From Iphione sp. A-MEVVRFRX5 (taxonomy: Eukaryota), in assembly GCA_976226885.1 (NCBI GenBank), contig OZ320319.1, positions 14,880,001-14,944,000 on the forward strand: a stretch of DNA of 64,000 bases, written 5' to 3'. This document shows positions 59,388 to 64,000 of this stretch, piece by piece (the stretch's first letter is position 1; each line of letters starts with the position of its first letter). Below the pieces are notes generated by a model, which ran no database searches, had not been told where the DNA came from, and saw only the letters and a program-made list of their open reading frames with translations. A program made the position numbers and the translations under genes.

Positions 59388-61759
59388 TATGTTGATATAG
59401 CTTGTCAGCTCTCTTGTGTAGGAAAACATCATCTCATTTGTATCATAAGTTGTGTTTTTCTTCCATGCAATGTCATTGTGTAATTAAAATATCTTAATAA
59501 AAATGACTGAAAATATCTGAAAAACATAATGTGGAAGTAAGTGGAAGTAAAATTCTTCACAAAACGTGAGACTCCCTGGAACCTTAACTTAAATACTACT
59601 CAAAAATGTTGCATTGTTTTTTTTTCTAAATATCTGCCTCTGTCTCCAGGAAATATTACAATCAATATCCTGATGGTATCCGCAAAATTAGTCCTTCCCA
59701 TTTATAAATTGTACATTGTATTGTTCTTTGTAATCTTTGTACTGCTACAGGTCTTTAAATAGAGGAACTGGCAGGGCTTGTTTCTGGGTCATGGAAATAC
59801 AGAAGTTTCCAACACAAAGAAACATATAGAAGTGGTGAACTCAAAAAAGCAGAGAAATGAATAGACAAGGAGCTAAGTATTTGTACAAAACAAGAACACC
59901 GAAACCTAGGTTCCAGCCCAGAGAATTGCAGCAATGATGAATTACATTGTACATTGATGTTTCTCTATTCAAATGCTCTCTGTTCCTATTCAATGAATAA
60001 TTGCGATATTATTAGATAAATGTACAGAGAAATTATTTTTCCTTAAAAAAATGCATTTCGGTAAGGAGAAAATCTAGGTTATAAGATATCCAATGATGAG
60101 GTTTAGCTGGAATGGAAAAAAAATCTTAAGTAACTAGTATGTTCTGATCTTGTTTAAATTATGAGCACATATCATGGTTCCATGTCTAGCCAAAATAGGG
60201 TTGTGTTCCAGCCGAACATGTCCCCATTCTAAGAGTGTCCTCGTCTCGAAAGTCCCCAGTTTAAGGTTCAGTGAGATGTATAATAAACATCCAAATTCAT
60301 ATCAATGTGTTGTGACACTGTGTTAATATATCTTTAAAATTTCATATTACTGAGTTGTCATGTCACAGATTTGTATCACTGAGTTGTCCGAGATCTACCT
60401 TGGCAAACACATGAATTGCCATTAGTTGCAATGTATCAGTGAGTAAAACTAAAATCCCCTATAGTAGAGTTTTTCATATGACTGAGTTACATCACTTAGT
60501 TGTCTTATCCTTCTGCTGCAGTAGTTTTTGTTATGCCCCTTCCTTTTAATGAGGCACTATGAAGAAGTATATCTACTACCATCTTATGATTACCATCTAC
60601 TGATGCCTCGCACAGTACCTCATATCATGACAGCCGTGCTGGTTGAGAAAAATCGTGTTTTGCGGAGAGTTTGATTATGATTTTATATCAGTTTTACTAC
60701 CGTTTTGTATCTAGTATGAGGCATCATACGTCCTTCTCATGCACGTACTACACTAATAGTTCTTCTCCTTGTTATTTTTCTCTCCAACTTTTATCCTCAT
60801 TGTGAATCTATTTCAATGGTCCTTCTTTATACCAGGTGCTTTTCCATTATATTCATCATGTATTTGCCGCCTTCATTTTCTCCTGGGATTCTATATTTCA
60901 TCTTTGTTCGCTCTTTGACACCATTGAAATGAACTACTGGTCATAGTGTAAAATAATCACAAATAAATATTTTGACACCATGCAGTTAAGGTTCTGGCTT
61001 ATGAAAAAGCTGCATTTGAAAACAACTTAGTAGTCATCAGTTATGATAACTAGTATCAATAATGAACGAACACGGTCCATTACATAGATATTTATACATA
61101 TGATATACACACATATACATATATATATATTACCATCGATGCATACAAACAACACTGATGGATAACACTATAGTTCAAGGGCAACCCCAGCTGCAGGTAC
61201 GCTTGAAAGATTGTGGAATATTTCTTTCTCAGCTCCTTTGGTCCAAGTCTGTTTACCCGTATTGTCAGATCTTCTTGCTCGACCAAACATTTGCCAACCT
61301 TTTCCCCTAAACAGCCCTCTAATACCCCCTGGCGGCGGTTAATGTTTGGGTAACCGGAAACTGGGAGGCTCGGTGAGCATGCGCCGTGAGCGCCGCCGCC
61401 GTCTGCAGCGCCACCTTGTGAGTGTGGCGGGCGGCGCGTGTCGGGGTCAAAGGTCAGGCGCCAACCACTCGCCGGAGCGTGGGAACGAGGTGGAGCACAG
61501 GTAGGGGATTCACCAGACCGTGACAAAGAAGAGGTTCTGGGAGAGGGTTGGGTGGGAGGGGGGGGCATATCAACAAGTAGGAAATGTTTATGGGAGTAAG
61601 ACGACTGTAGAAATTACACACCCACGTAAGGCAGTGAGTTCTAACCACTAAACGATGAAATGGCAAATGTAAGACGTCAACTGCTCCCAGTGAATATATG
61701 AGCAGCGTCGTGGAAGATGTAGAGGAGGACAGAGAGAGGAGTCACGTGCAAATTCAACC

Positions 61760-63130
61760 TCATTCACACATGACTACGGGATGGGGGTTTATAGGTAACC
61801 ATGAGCATGCAGTGGAGATGGTGGTAGCCATGGACACAGTGTGGGGGTTAGAGGTAACCATGACCACAATGTAGGGTTGAAGGCAGCTATGGCCATAGTG
61901 TGGGGAATACAGGTAGCCATGACCACAGTGTGGGGATGGAGGAAGCCATGGACATATATACAATAGTGTCAGGGTTAGATGTAACCATGAGCGTGCAGTG
62001 GACATGGAGGTAGCCATGACCACAGTGTGGGGGTTAGAGATAACCATGACCACAATGTGGGGATGGAGGCAGCTGCAACAATAGGATGGGCATGGAGGTG
62101 ACCATGACCACTGTGTATGGATTGAGGTAGTCCTGACCATAAGGTCGCTGTAGCGGTAGCCATGACCATGGGATGAGGATGGAGGCAGCCATGATCACAG
62201 TGTGGGAATTGAGGTAACACTGACCATAAGGTGGCCACAGAAGTTGCCTTGACCATGGTGTGGACGTGGAGATGGCTCATGACCATGGGGTCAGGATGGA
62301 GGTAGTTTGGACCATAGGGTGGGGGTGGAGGAAACCATGACCATGGGATAAGGGGGTGTTCACATGCATCCGTATTTTCCCAAAATGTCTATGGATCCCT
62401 AGATGTTTTTTTCCCACCCATACCATTTTGACAAGTCTCTATGCATGTATCCATTTCTAAATGGATAGGAACACATATCCAATTTCAGAACTGTCCAGGA
62501 TGGAATTTTAATGGATACAGACCGGTTTTCCATAGGAAACAATGTTGAAGATACATCTGGTATACATATGTAACCATTTCAAATAAGCACAGCAGGAGGT
62601 TTCTTATGGCTCCAAACCTGTTAACCTTTTTTGCCTACAGATGCATGTGAAAAGCACCTAAGGATGGAGGTAGTCATGTCCATGAGATAGGGATGAAGGT
62701 ATAGCTATGACGATGGGACAAGGATGGCTGTAGTCCTGACCATAGTGTGGGTCTGGAGGTGGCCATGATTACAGGCTGGGGATCGAGGTAGTCCTGACCA
62801 TAGGATGGGGATTATGGTAGCTATGACCATCGGACAAGGATGGATGTTGTTTTCACCATAGTGTGGGTATGGAGGTGGCCATGATTACTGGATAGGGATC
62901 AAGGTAGTCCTAACTATGGGTTGGGGATTATGGTAGCTAAGACCATAAGGTGTAGATATAGATAGCTAAGAGCCAAAGGTGGCGATGGAGGTAGCCATAA
63001 GACAGGTCAGCGTCGAAGGTAATCCTGCCCCTGAGGTGGGGATGAAGGTAGCAATAACCATGGGTTGGGGTAGACATAACCATAGGAAGGGGATGGAGGT
63101 AGCCATGACAATTGGGGTTTGGATGAAGAC
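61760..63130. repeat. Degenerate minisatellite, unit about 30 bp, interrupted by a Harbinger-type MITE (62352-62658)
   Basis: CCATGACCACAGTGTGGGGATGGAGGTAG-like unit repeated many times. Confidence 0.85.
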
Positions 63131-64000
63131 AGTCATAGAATGTTAGGGAGTAATTAGCGAAATAAAATGAGGACAAGTGTGGTCTGCTAGTGGGCTACAC
63201 GTCTGTAAGAAAAGAGCGAAGTTATAGAAAAAAAGAAAAAGTAAAAGGAAACAACAAAAACAGGTAAAATGCACACTAGTGTTTCAAATGTATGTAACTC
63301 CACTGCTATACATAATACATGGGGTTCGGAGATTCACTCCAAGTTTCTTCTTGGTGTCACCACAGGTTGCAGATAGATGAGGAGCAAGCAGAAAAGGAGT
63401 GAAAGACAAACGGGGAGAGTAGAAAGACCGAGAAAAGGTGGGAAAGGAGATAGAGAAATGAAGAGACATGGAGTGGGAAGAAAAGGAAAGAAAGACAGAG
63501 ATGATTAGAGAGAGAGATAAAGGAGAGGACAGACCCCTTCCCTTAAGAAGAAGACCCTCCTCCTCATACCAAAGCCTAGTTATTGACCTGTCTAGTGTAC
63601 CTGTCTTAGGTACAGGGGATACGTTCATGTAGCTATCTATAGATGATAACTCACAAAGAAACAGAGAATAGCATCGGCTGAGCACTCGTAGACGTAAGAA
63701 AACCTGTAGAAATATGCTCATAATGTTGCAGGAGGGGGCGGGGGGTATTCTTCAGAACCACATACAGTTTCACAACAAATCCATATACACAATAAAACAT
63801 CATGACAGTTACACATGAGACAAAGGGAAGCTCTGAGACTGGAGCCACTTATGGTTATAACAGCATCATATTTCTGCTATATATTGTATGATCTAGAACG
63901 AGGGACACCCCTTATGTCCCAGTATCCATGTACCCATGTGTGTATGTCCATGGAGGAGAATGGTCAAATGTCTTTCCATGTTGCCATGTATCCTATGTAG

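Noticed and set aside
61760-62286. His/Met/Cys-rich ORFs
   Set aside because: Translations of the ~30-bp minisatellite.

Overview
Repeat-rich, gene-poor animal genomic DNA. TTAGGG-type repeats, tRNA-derived SINEs and CTCF-like motifs suggest a bilaterian, probably a marine invertebrate; the taxon is an inference. No complete host gene is recognisable, only a few candidate small plus-strand exons in what looks like a very long intron. The main feature is a nearly intact minus-strand non-LTR retrotransposon of the CR1/L2 group (about 9518-18000) with three ORFs. ORF1 (coiled coil plus L1-type RRM-like domain) is fused to a C-terminal NADAR/YbiA domain. A separate ORF encodes an SGNH esterase. 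The APE-RT ORF is broken only by one in-frame TGA and a TTAA-flanked piggyBac-type MITE. The element also carries repeated hairpins in its inter-ORF spacer and 3' UTR. Elsewhere: the 5' end of a Ty3/Gypsy-like LTR element (tRNA-Leu PBS, gag start), many MITEs (Harbinger-, Tc1/mariner- and EnSpm-like, some nested), SINEs, a Penelope-type hammerhead-like motif, mini/microsatellites and an assembly gap. All calls were made by eye; no database search was run.
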